From: Candidatus Nealsonbacteria bacterium
GTDB taxonomy: Bacteria; Patescibacteriota; Minisyncoccia; Minisyncoccales; RBG-13-36-15
DNA: 64,000 bases
Direction of reading: 5' to 3'
NCBI GenBank assembly: GCA_011050465.1
Contig: DRFQ01000009.1
Location: 64,334-128,333 of the forward strand
Positions within the stretch are counted from its first letter, which is position 1. Every line of letters begins with the position of its first letter. Under the pieces are notes generated by a model. The model ran no database searches. It was not told where the DNA came from and saw only the letters and a list, made by a program, of their open reading frames with translations. The position numbers and the translations under genes are program-made. Positions 1 to 8,182 of this stretch are shown piece by piece.

Positions 1-41
1 TAATAACCGAAGGGTTGATTCAATAAAATCAGATAGATGAA

Positions 42-72
42 AATCAAGCCCATTCTCGGGCTTGATTTTTTT
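42..72 (+). terminator. Intrinsic terminator for a gene ending upstream of the window
   Basis: Stem atcaagccc (43-51) pairs with gggcttgat (58-66) and is followed by a T-run. Confidence 0.6.
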
Positions 73-190
73 AGCAGAGAACTTGCTTTTTCAAAAGAAT
101 AAATGTATGATTAAAGTAGAGACTCTAAGGGTTTTGGACTACAAATAGTTTCCCAATCATCATAAAGGAAAATACTCAATAATACTATTT

Positions 191-454
191 ATGATACCAA
201 GATTCAAAAAAGCTCGAAAAATTATAAGCCCAAACTTCAAAAAAGAGCAGTTTTTGGAGGAACATAATAGGCTGTCTCCTGCGAATCTTAAGGCCACGCT
301 TCCTTTACTTTCTCGTTTTAGAATAGATAAAACATCACTCTTTAAAGATGATTACTGGCCCATAGATAAACTTCGGAGACCGTTTATTTTATGGCTTACT
401 TCTTTGCAATTAAGAGAAAAAGAAGATATCAATAAGAAAAAAAATATAAGCTGA
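191..454 (+). CDS. Hypothetical protein (87 aa, basic)
   Basis: ORF bracketed by two intrinsic terminators. No recognisable motif. Confidence 0.35.
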   Translation: MIPRFKKARKIISPNFKKEQFLEEHNRLSPANLKATLPLLSRFRIDKTSLFKDDYWPIDKLRRPFILWLTSLQLREKEDINKKKNIS

Positions 455-464
455 TTAAATAAAC

Positions 465-496
465 AAAAAACCCGCAATATTCTTGCGGGTTTTTTG
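465..496. terminator. Bidirectional-looking intrinsic terminator
   Basis: aaaaaacccgcaatattcttgcgggtttttt: stem cccgca/tgcggg with an A-run before and a T-run after. Confidence 0.7.
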
Positions 497-532
497 TTTT
501 AGTAGCGTCCGTTCCAATAAAAACTCGTTAGG

Positions 533-586
533 CCCTCCCAGCCGAAGCACCGAGCACATAACATTTATGTGCTCGGTTTAGGAGGG
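533..586 (+). repeat. Nested GC-rich hairpin
   Basis: Outer stem ccctcc (533-538)/ggaggg (581-586). Inner 11-bp stem accgagcacat (549-559)/atgtgctcggt (567-577). Confidence 0.5.
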
Positions 587-638
587 CAGGAAGGCGGCCC
601 CGCACAAAAGCTAAGCCCGGCGCCAGATCCGAGCCCAG

Positions 639-728
639 CACCAGAGCGAAGCTCGGTGCTGGACCAGTCCCGAACTGAACTTCGTTCTAGTTCGGGGCTT
701 TATGCGGGGTAAATTTTTTGGTAGAATC
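639..728 (+). repeat. Family B intergenic cassette, copy 1 (hairpin 669-696, then ttttttggtagaat)
   Basis: Near-identical to 15091-15168 and 18091-18180. It ends in a TGnTAGAAT extended -10-like box 25 nt before the ATG at 754. Confidence 0.8.
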
Positions 729-753
729 AAATAAAAGCCTCGAAAAAAAACTA

Positions 754-3700
754 ATGCAGCTAGACTTAAAAAAACTAAACAAAGAGCAAAAAGAGGCGGT
801 GATCCACAGCAAGGGGCCGCTTTTGATTGTGGCAGGATCTGGAACCGGGAAAACAACGGTGATTACCCAAAGGATTGCTTATTTGATTGAAAAGGGGATG
901 GCCAAACCGGAAGAAATTTTAGCTGTTACCTTTACTGAGAAAGCGGCCGAAGAAATGGAGGAAAGGATTGATAGGCTTTTACCATACGGTTACGTTGATT
1001 TATGGATTTTAACTTTCCATTCTTTTTGCGAAAGAGTTTTAAGAGACCACGCTCTGGACATTGGTCTACCGGCCGATTTCAAGATTTTGGAACCGACGGC
1101 GGGATGGCTTTTGGTGCGTCAGAACCTGGACAAGTTTGAACTTGATTATTACAAGCCCCTGGGCAATCCGACTAAATTCATTCAGGCTTTAATTTCTCAT
1201 TTTTCCCATTGCAAAGATCAGGAGATTTACCCCGAAGATTATTTGGAATACGCCGATAAATTAAAAACCAGAGACGATGTGCCGGAAACTCAAGAAACAG
1301 AAAGGATAAAGGAAGTGGCCAATGCCTTCCACGTTTATCAAAGATTGCTTCTGGAAAATAGCTCTTTAGACTTCGGAGATTTGATAAATTACTGTCTGAA
1401 GCTATTTAAAAAAAGGCCTTTGATTCTGAAAAAATACAGGGAAAAATTCAAATACATTTTAGTTGACGAATTTCAGGATACTAATTGGTCACAGTATGAA
1501 TTGATAAAGATTTTGGCGGCGCCCAAAAACAATCTGACCGTCTGCGCTGATGACGACCAGGCGATTTACCGCTGGAGGGGGGCGTCTTTTGCCAATATTA
1601 TCCAATTTATAAAGGATTTCCCGAAAGCAAAACAAATATCTTTGGTTAAAAATTACAGGTCTGCCCAGAATATCCTGGATTTGGCCTACAAATTTATAAA
1701 AGCCAACGATCCCGATCGGCTTGAATACGTGAATAAAATCAATAAAAAATTAATTGCAGACAATAAGGGGAAAGGAATAATTGAGCATATCCACGCCAAA
1801 AGTCTGGACGAGGAAGCCGGGAAAACAATCAGGAAAATCCTGGAAGTTTTAAAAAAAGATAAAGAGATAAATTACAATGATATTGCTATTTTAGTTAGGG
1901 CGAACAACGCGGCAAATTCTTTCACAAAAGCCCTGGAAAGAGCGGGTCTGCCCTATCAATTTTTGGCTTCAAAAGGGCTTTATGCAAAGCCCTGTGTTCT
2001 GGACGTTATTTCCTATTTCAAACTTTTGGACAATTACCACGAAAGCCCGGCGGTTTACAGGGTTCTGAATCTGCCCTTTTTGGGAATTCCCTACGATGAT
2101 ATAGTGAAGCTCACTCAATATGGCCACCGCAAAACAAAATCTCTTTACGAGGTGATGGAAGAGCTCCCTTTGGTTTCCGGGATATCTAAAAAAACGCAGA
2201 GAAAAACCGCTTTTATTCTGAGCTTGATTAAGAAACACATCGCCCTTTCGCGGGAGAAAGCGGTTTCGGAAATGCTGATAGCTTTTTTGAAAGATTCCGG
2301 CTATTTGAAATATCTGGTGGATAAAGACGATAAAGAGCAGATTGATATTCTCAACCAGTTCTACAAAAGAATAAAGAATTTTGAAGAAGCCGCGACAGAG
2401 CCAAATTTAAAGAATTTCATGGAAGAAATAACTTTTGAAATAGAATCGGGAGAAGAGGGGAAGCTTGAGTTTGATCCCAAACAGGGTCCGGATATGATAA
2501 AAGTGATGACCATTCACGGAGCCAAAGGTTTGGAGTTCAAATATGTCTTTTTGGTCAATATGGTGGACAAAAGATTCCCGACCATTGAAAGGAAAGATTT
2601 AATTGAGCTTCCCGAAGAATTGATTAAAGACATCAAGCCCGAGGGAGATGTCCATTTGCAGGAAGAAAGGAGGATTTGTTACGTGGCGATGACTAGGGCC
2701 AAAAAAGAGCTTTATTTCACTTCAGCCGAGGATTACGGCCTGGTGAGGAAAAAGAGATTGTCGCGATTTTTGATAGAAATGGGCTATAAAGATAAATCCG
2801 AAACCGACCGGACGCGAAACGGACTCCCCGGAGGGTTGCATTCGCCAGATCGAGCGAAGCGAGGGACTCCCCGGAGGGTTGCATCCAAAAACAGTTTGCT
2901 TGCGCCATCTTTCATTAAAACTGCCCCTTTCGCCGAAGTAGCTCTCGCCTCGCCGAAGCCTTCGGCGAAGCGCGGGTCGGCTACGAAGGGTAAAAGAAAA
3001 ACAGGATCAGACTATCTTCCCGGACATTTTTCTTTTTCCCAACTGGCCGCTTTTGAAAAATGTCCCCTGCAGTACAAATTAAATTTTATTTTAAAAGTTC
3101 CCATCAAAGGCAAGGCTGTGTTCTCGTTCGGAAAAACAATGCACAACACTTTTTATAATTTTTTGAAATACGTAAACGAAAACAATAAAAACAATCAAGG
3201 CAATTTGTTTGGTTTTGCCGCCTCTTCCGCGAAAGAGGCGAGCCTCGCCCTTTCGGGGCGGGAAGATAGGTTGAGATTAAATGATCTGATGGAAATTTAC
3301 GAAAAAAACTGGATTGATGAATGGTACGAAAATAAAAATCAAAAAGAAGAATACTACAAGCTCGGCAAGAAAATAGTTAAAGATTTTTACGAAGAATTTG
3401 TAAAAAATCCGCCGAAGATTTTAAAAATTGATAATACCCTTGCTTTAGAAATGCCGTTTAATTTGAAAATAGGAGGGCATACCTTATACGGCGTAATAGA
3501 TAGAATTGATGAAACGGAAGGGGGAGTGGCGATTATTGATTACAAAACAGGAAATTCGAAAGAAAAATTGGTCTTGAGCGACAAGGAACAATTATTAATT
3601 TATCAAATAGCGGTTGAGGAGATTTTTAAAATAAAACCGAAAGAACTAATTTATTATTATTTGAACGACGGCAAGAAAGCGTCTTTCCTGGGTTCGGATA

Positions 3701-3834
3701 AGGAAAAAGGTCGTCTTAAAGAAAAAATCATTCAGGAGATCGAAGAAATAAAAAAGAGCGATTTTAAGGCAACGCCCGGCTGGCAATGCGGATTTTGCGA
3801 CTTTAAAGATATCTGTGACTTCGCAGAAAGGTAA
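754..3834 (+). CDS. UvrD/PcrA-type superfamily 1 helicase fused to a C-terminal PD-(D/E)XK nuclease with a Cas4/AddB-like four-Cys cluster
   Basis: Walker A GSGTGKTT, DEFQDT, the VKNYRS and TIHGAKGLEF helicase motifs. C-terminal IIDYKTG plus Cys residues (EKCP ... WQCGFCDFKDIC). The start is moved to ATG 754 because the track start at 718 overlaps the -10-like box. Confidence 0.85.
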   Translation: MQLDLKKLNKEQKEAVIHSKGPLLIVAGSGTGKTTVITQRIAYLIEKGMAKPEEILAVTFTEKAAEEMEERIDRLLPYGYVDLWILTFHSFCERVLRDHALDIGLPADFKILEPTAGWLLVRQNLDKFELDYYKPLGNPTKFIQALISHFSHCKDQEIYPEDYLEYADKLKTRDDVPETQETERIKEVANAFHVYQRLLLENSSLDFGDLINYCLKLFKKRPLILKKYREKFKYILVDEFQDTNWSQYELIKILAAPKNNLTVCADDDQAIYRWRGASFANIIQFIKDFPKAKQISLVKNYRSAQNILDLAYKFIKANDPDRLEYVNKINKKLIADNKGKGIIEHIHAKSLDEEAGKTIRKILEVLKKDKEINYNDIAILVRANNAANSFTKALERAGLPYQFLASKGLYAKPCVLDVISYFKLLDNYHESPAVYRVLNLPFLGIPYDDIVKLTQYGHRKTKSLYEVMEELPLVSGISKKTQRKTAFILSLIKKHIALSREKAVSEMLIAFLKDSGYLKYLVDKDDKEQIDILNQFYKRIKNFEEAATEPNLKNFMEEITFEIESGEEGKLEFDPKQGPDMIKVMTIHGAKGLEFKYVFLVNMVDKRFPTIERKDLIELPEELIKDIKPEGDVHLQEERRICYVAMTRAKKELYFTSAEDYGLVRKKRLSRFLIEMGYKDKSETDRTRNGLPGGLHSPDRAKRGTPRRVASKNSLLAPSFIKTAPFAEVALASPKPSAKRGSATKGKRKTGSDYLPGHFSFSQLAAFEKCPLQYKLNFILKVPIKGKAVFSFGKTMHNTFYNFLKYVNENNKNNQGNLFGFAASSAKEASLALSGREDRLRLNDLMEIYEKNWIDEWYENKNQKEEYYKLGKKIVKDFYEEFVKNPPKILKIDNTLALEMPFNLKIGGHTLYGVIDRIDETEGGVAIIDYKTGNSKEKLVLSDKEQLLIYQIAVEEIFKIKPKELIYYYLNDGKKASFLGSDKEKGRLKEKIIQEIEEIKKSDFKATPGWQCGFCDFKDICDFAER
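2798..2990 (+). repeat. GC-rich repeat block embedded in frame in the helicase-nuclease linker
   Basis: A 21-nt perfect direct repeat ggactccccggagggttgcat lies at 2821-2841 and 2864-2884. The palindrome cgccgaagccttcggcg is also present. GC is far above the flanking coding sequence. Confidence 0.7.
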
Positions 3835-3931
3835 AATATTTATCCTAATCCAATAGATAAGATAAACTCCTTTAGAAATTATGAGAATAAAGAAAAAATT
3901 TAGAGAAAGCAAATTTCTAACGGGGTAAACC

Positions 3932-5122
3932 ATGGAATTGTTTGTTGATAAAATTTTTTCAGTGTCGGAGTTTATCGCCCTTCTTAATATTGGGCTGAAA
4001 AGCTCCAAAGCGAAGATTATAGGGGAGGTTGGGGAAGCAAAGGCTGGACCGACAGGTCATGTTTATTTTACTTTGAAGGATGAAAATGACCAAAGTATAA
4101 TGAAGTGTATAATCTGGAAATCAAGATATAATTTATATGACATAAAATTGCAAGAAGGGATGAAAATTATGGCTTACGGCTACCCCGAAATATATCCGCC
4201 TTCGGGAAGGTTGTCTTTTATAGCCGAAACGATTGAGCTGGCGGGGGAGGGCGGATTAAAAAAACAATACGACGAACTGAAGAAAAAACTGGAGAAAGAG
4301 GGTATTTTTGCCGAAGAGAAAAAGCGGCCCGTTCCAAGATACCCGCAGAGAATCGGAGTTATCACTTCTAAGCAGGGCGCGGTTATGGCCGATTTTCTTA
4401 ATAATATAGGGAAATTCGGTTTTAAGATCAAAATGATTGATTCCCGGGTTGAAGGCCAAACAGCTACCAGAGATTTATTGGCGTCAATAAAAACGTTCAG
4501 AAAACAAGATATAGATGTTCTTGTCATAATCCGCGGAGGGGGATCATTGGAGTCGTTGATGCCGTTTAATAATGAATTATTGGTCAGGGAAGTGGCTAAT
4601 TTCCCGGTTCCGGTAATCGCAGGCATCGGACACGACAAGGACGAGCCGCTTGTTGCCTTGGCGGCCGATGTTTCAGAATCCACCCCGACCGCCGCTGCCA
4701 ATCTGCTTAACGAATCATGGGAACAAGCTCTGCTATTCTTGGAAAGATACGAAAGAAATATTATTGATCGCTATGAAATGATCTTAGACAATTACAAGGC
4801 GATTGAAAACGAATTAAAGATTTCCCTACGTAATTTTAAAAACGCTTTATTAAATGCTAAAATCAGCTTGAGAGACTCGTTGAATAAATCTTTGTCCGGA
4901 TTCAGATCGTTATTATTGGCAGTTAATCAAAAGCTGGGACAGGCGGAAAAAGCTGTTTTTTTTAATAATCCGGAGCGCCAGATTCGTCTGGGATACAGCA
5001 TTGCCAGTTGCGACGGAAAAATAGTCAGACGAACGGGAGATGTCAAGATCGGGAAAAATATAGACATTAAAGTAATAGACGGGAAAATTATTTCAGAAGT
5101 TAAAAATATAAACAAAAATTAA
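3932..5122 (+). CDS. xseA: Exodeoxyribonuclease VII large subunit
   Basis: N-terminal OB-fold signature (GHVYFTLKD ... IIWKS). Length and the adjacent small subunit gene fit. Confidence 0.85.
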   Translation: MELFVDKIFSVSEFIALLNIGLKSSKAKIIGEVGEAKAGPTGHVYFTLKDENDQSIMKCIIWKSRYNLYDIKLQEGMKIMAYGYPEIYPPSGRLSFIAETIELAGEGGLKKQYDELKKKLEKEGIFAEEKKRPVPRYPQRIGVITSKQGAVMADFLNNIGKFGFKIKMIDSRVEGQTATRDLLASIKTFRKQDIDVLVIIRGGGSLESLMPFNNELLVREVANFPVPVIAGIGHDKDEPLVALAADVSESTPTAAANLLNESWEQALLFLERYERNIIDRYEMILDNYKAIENELKISLRNFKNALLNAKISLRDSLNKSLSGFRSLLLAVNQKLGQAEKAVFFNNPERQIRLGYSIASCDGKIVRRTGDVKIGKNIDIKVIDGKIISEVKNINKN

Positions 5123-5126
5123 GATT

Positions 5127-5369
5127 ATGGCTGCTAAAGAAAAATTAGATGCAAAAAATTTAAACAGCAACCTTAAACGTCTCGCCAAGATTACCGAGTG
5201 GTTTGACAATCAGGAGGAAATTGACGTTGAAGAAGGATTGAATAAAGTAAAAGAAGCGGTTGGGCTTATCAAAGTCAGCAAAGAAAGACTTAAAGCTATT
5301 GAAAACGAATTCGAGGAAATCAAAAAAGAGATAGATATTGAGGAGGAAGAAGAGAAAGAAAAACGTTAA
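5127..5369 (+). CDS. xseB: Exodeoxyribonuclease VII small subunit
   Basis: 80-aa helical acidic protein immediately after xseA, with the typical L..L..I...L......L..A layout. Confidence 0.75.
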   Translation: MAAKEKLDAKNLNSNLKRLAKITEWFDNQEEIDVEEGLNKVKEAVGLIKVSKERLKAIENEFEEIKKEIDIEEEEEKEKR

Positions 5370-5450
5370 ATCGGAAGTTGAACTTTCGACATTCCACAGG
5401 TTATTACTCAAACTTAAGGTGACTGTCACCCGGGAGCGTAATATGGATTT

Positions 5451-6008
5451 ATGGACTTAAAAGAAGAGAAAAAGCTCATTCAAAAAGCTAAGCAAAATCC
5501 AGAAGTTTTTGGTAGGCTTTACGAACAACATTATCCAAAGATTTTTGGCTATATTTTAAAAAGGACTGCCAATTTTGAAATTGCCCAGGATATAACTTCA
5601 GAGACGTTTTTTAAGGCCCTAAAAAAGCTCTGGCAGTTTCACTGGAAAAATATTCCATTTTCCTCTTGGCTTTATAGAATTGCCAACAATGAAATTGCTA
5701 ATTACTTTAGGAAAAATAAGCATAAACCAGTTCCATTAGAGAGCATCCCAGAGCCATTTTCTACTTCAAATTCAAATCCTTCAGCTGATATTCTTGAAGC
5801 TGAAGAAGAATTAAAAAAGCACCAAGATTTTTTAGTGCTTCAGAAAGAGATTTCCAAATTGTCCGCTAAATATCAAGAAGTAATCATCTTAAGATTTTTT
5901 GATAAAAAACAGATTAAAGAAATCGCAGAAATTTTAGGGAAAAGAGAAGGAACAATAAAATCTTTACTCCATCGAGGTTTAGAGAAATTAAGACAATCTG
6001 TGGAATAA
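5451..6008 (+). CDS. ECF-type RNA polymerase sigma-70 family factor
   Basis: Region 2 (FFKALKKLWQF ... WLYRIANNEIANYFRK) and a region 4 HTH (IKEIAEILGKREGTIKSLLHRGLEKLR). Confidence 0.85.
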   Translation: MDLKEEKKLIQKAKQNPEVFGRLYEQHYPKIFGYILKRTANFEIAQDITSETFFKALKKLWQFHWKNIPFSSWLYRIANNEIANYFRKNKHKPVPLESIPEPFSTSNSNPSADILEAEEELKKHQDFLVLQKEISKLSAKYQEVIILRFFDKKQIKEIAEILGKREGTIKSLLHRGLEKLRQSVE

Positions 6009-6110
6009 ATGCAACTTTTTTAGATCCGACGCGTTTTATTAAAGAGTATGGAAGAATACTCGTTAAAGGTCGGAAAATAAGAAGTTGTATTGCCTGAAGT
6101 ATTCGGGGTT

Positions 6111-7679
6111 ATGAAAAAAGAAGAATTAGAGAAAAAATTAGAAAATATTAATTTACCTCACATTGAGATTCAAAGCCATCAACAAAGGCTAAAAATGGCT
6201 TTGCTTAACTCTGGATATTTTAAGGAAAAAATTATTATGTCTTGGACTAAAAAATTAGTTCCCGCTGGAATTGTTCTGGCTTTAGTCGTAGTTTTAGGCG
6301 TTACCGTCGTTAACCCAAAACTAATAGAAGCTAAAGCAATGGCAATAGCCAAAAATGATCCCCAAATTCAGAAAATAATGAAAGAAACAGGAGCCGCTAT
6401 AAGAGAAGTTAAGATAAAAGAAGGTAAGGGTTATGTGCTGTTTACTCTCCCCGAGGATAGATTACCTTTATCTTTAGAAGAGGTAGCAATTAAAAGTGAG
6501 AAAGGTGAAATGGAATTTTTCGTTGGCACATTGGTTCTGGTAGACCTTAAAGAAAAAAGAGTAGACAACGTAGAGATACTTACGGAAAGCACTATTCACA
6601 GCGTTCAGCTAACAGACGAGGAAAAGGCAAAGGTAATTGGGATTGCGAAAAACGATCTTAATGTTCAGGAAATGATCGGTGAAATTACAAGTACCGACGT
6701 TGAGATAAATGTTAAGCCAACACAACTATCAAGACTCTTTCTAGAAGAATATGCCGATGGATTCAGGGTATCTTCATGGCTACAGGAGGAAAAGAAAGCA
6801 AATGTGGTTCTTAAGATCAGTGGACAAGAGGAACAAAAGGTAATCACAGTGAATCTTACTCAGGAAAAAGTAGAGAGTACAATGTCTATCGGTACAATTA
6901 GACCCATTATTAGAGAAATTGGAAAAATTCCTCCTTGCGGTCTTTCTTTAGGAGGTGTTGATATAGTTTTTGGGGACATTAATCTAGATGGATATATAAG
7001 CAAGGCGGATTCTCAGCTTATCTTGGAGTATGTTGTTGGAAAACAGACCTTGACCTGGGAACAATTAAAAAGAGCTGATGTAGATGGTAATAAAGATATA
7101 GACAGCGTGGATGCCATGTTTATCTTGCAGTATGCGCAAGGACTTAGAAAGACATTCCCTGTGTGTGAGGTTAAAGAAATAGTACCACAACCACTACCAC
7201 TACCACAACCACCAATAACCCGTAGAGTACCACCCTGCGGTTCTTTTGGAGACGTTGACAAAGATGGTTTTGTCACGGACAAAGACTCGAACTTAGTATT
7301 AAGTCATGTTGTTGGAGATGTAGAATTGACAGAGGACCAGAAAAAGAGAGCTGATGTAGACAACGATGGAAAGATAACCTCTGTAGACGCCCTCTTTATA
7401 TCGCAGTATATCAAAGGATTAAAAGATACTTTCCCGGTATGCAGCAAAAAACCCGTCTGTTCGGGTCTCGGAGATGTTGATAACGATGGTTTCATAACGG
7501 CCATAGGAGATTCTCAGTTAGTTTTGAAGTTTGATGTTGGGCTTGTTAGATTAACTGACGAGCAGAAAAGAAGAGCAGATGTTAATGGGGACGGAAACGT
7601 AAACAGCGTAGATGCTATGCTTATCTTGCGGTCTGCACAAGGAATGGGGGACGATTTATGGGTTTGTAAAAAATGGTAA
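6111..7679 (+). CDS. Single-pass membrane protein with two PepSY-like repeats and three Cys-bracketed dockerin-like modules; putative anti-sigma partner
   Basis: TM helix LVPAGIVLALVVVLGVTVV. Three modules of paired EF-hand-like loops (DINLDGYISKAD/DVDGNKDIDSVD, DVDKDGFVTDKD/DVDNDGKITSVD, DVDNDGFITAIGD/DVNGDGNVNSVD). It sits directly downstream of the ECF sigma gene. Start set at ATG 6111. Confidence 0.7.
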   Translation: MKKEELEKKLENINLPHIEIQSHQQRLKMALLNSGYFKEKIIMSWTKKLVPAGIVLALVVVLGVTVVNPKLIEAKAMAIAKNDPQIQKIMKETGAAIREVKIKEGKGYVLFTLPEDRLPLSLEEVAIKSEKGEMEFFVGTLVLVDLKEKRVDNVEILTESTIHSVQLTDEEKAKVIGIAKNDLNVQEMIGEITSTDVEINVKPTQLSRLFLEEYADGFRVSSWLQEEKKANVVLKISGQEEQKVITVNLTQEKVESTMSIGTIRPIIREIGKIPPCGLSLGGVDIVFGDINLDGYISKADSQLILEYVVGKQTLTWEQLKRADVDGNKDIDSVDAMFILQYAQGLRKTFPVCEVKEIVPQPLPLPQPPITRRVPPCGSFGDVDKDGFVTDKDSNLVLSHVVGDVELTEDQKKRADVDNDGKITSVDALFISQYIKGLKDTFPVCSKKPVCSGLGDVDNDGFITAIGDSQLVLKFDVGLVRLTDEQKRRADVNGDGNVNSVDAMLILRSAQGMGDDLWVCKKW

Positions 7680-7702
7680 GTATTTCCAGCTAGAAATATT
7701 GA

Positions 7703-7745
7703 AAAACCCAAAAGCCCGTGTCGAACGCGGGTTTTTGGGTACTTT
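7703..7745 (+). terminator. Intrinsic terminator
   Basis: Stem acccaaaagcccg (7706-7718)/cgcgggtttttgggt (7726-7740). Confidence 0.65.
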
Positions 7746-7778
7746 GCCCGGATTTTATTTCGGGAATTCTGAATTTTC

Positions 7779-7807
7779 TTGATTTATTTTTTAAACTATG
7801 CTACAAT
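7779..7807 (+). promoter_or_regulatory. Candidate sigma-70 promoter of the atp operon
   Basis: TTGATT (7779-7784), a 17-nt spacer, then TACAAT (7802-7807). Confidence 0.45.
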
Positions 7808-7926
7808 TCTTTTCTGAAGGGTAAAAATGTCCGAAAATAACAATAATATAGACAGTGATCATCTATTCGCTAACATAAAAAGTCTAAGCTTGAGGTTAAG
7901 TTTAGTTTTTTTATTATTCCATAGTT

Positions 7927-8178
7927 GTGAACCAAAAAAGAGAAAAAGATAAAAAAGAGAGAGCGATTTTTCTGAAAACCCTTAGCTTAGCCTGGGAATT
8001 GGGATATATTATTGTCATACCGCTTGTAATATTAGCTGCAGGTGGTCGGTTCTTGGATAATAAATATGACACTTCGCCGATTTTCTTAATGTCAGGTATT
8101 CTTTTGTCGATATTGGTTTCCGGGATATTAGTTTTTAAAAAAGCTAAAAGAATTTTAGAAGACATTTCGAATCAGTAA
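7927..8178 (+). CDS. atpZ: AtpZ/AtpI-like small membrane protein of the F-ATPase operon
   Basis: GTG start. Two TM helices with the LGY.IV.P...... G..LD motif. It is the first gene of the atp cluster. Confidence 0.6.
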   Translation: MNQKREKDKKERAIFLKTLSLAWELGYIIVIPLVILAAGGRFLDNKYDTSPIFLMSGILLSILVSGILVFKKAKRILEDISNQ

Positions 8179-8182
8179 AAAT

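Noticed and set aside
611-856. 81-aa minus-strand ORF across the GC-rich repeat region.
   Set aside because: It lies within hairpin repeats and overlaps the helicase start. It has no SD, and its Pro/Arg/Ala-rich composition is what GC-rich non-coding DNA yields.
5370-5450. Autoregulated ECF-type promoter (GAAC ... CGT) upstream of the sigma factor gene.
   Set aside because: AAC and CGTAA motifs exist, but I counted about 23 nt between them, which is outside the usual 16-17 nt spacing.
6930-7676. The three similar dockerin-like modules as variable repeats of a diversity-generating retroelement.
   Set aside because: There is no reverse transcriptase gene and no template repeat with adenine-specific mismatches nearby. 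The similarity is ordinary domain duplication.
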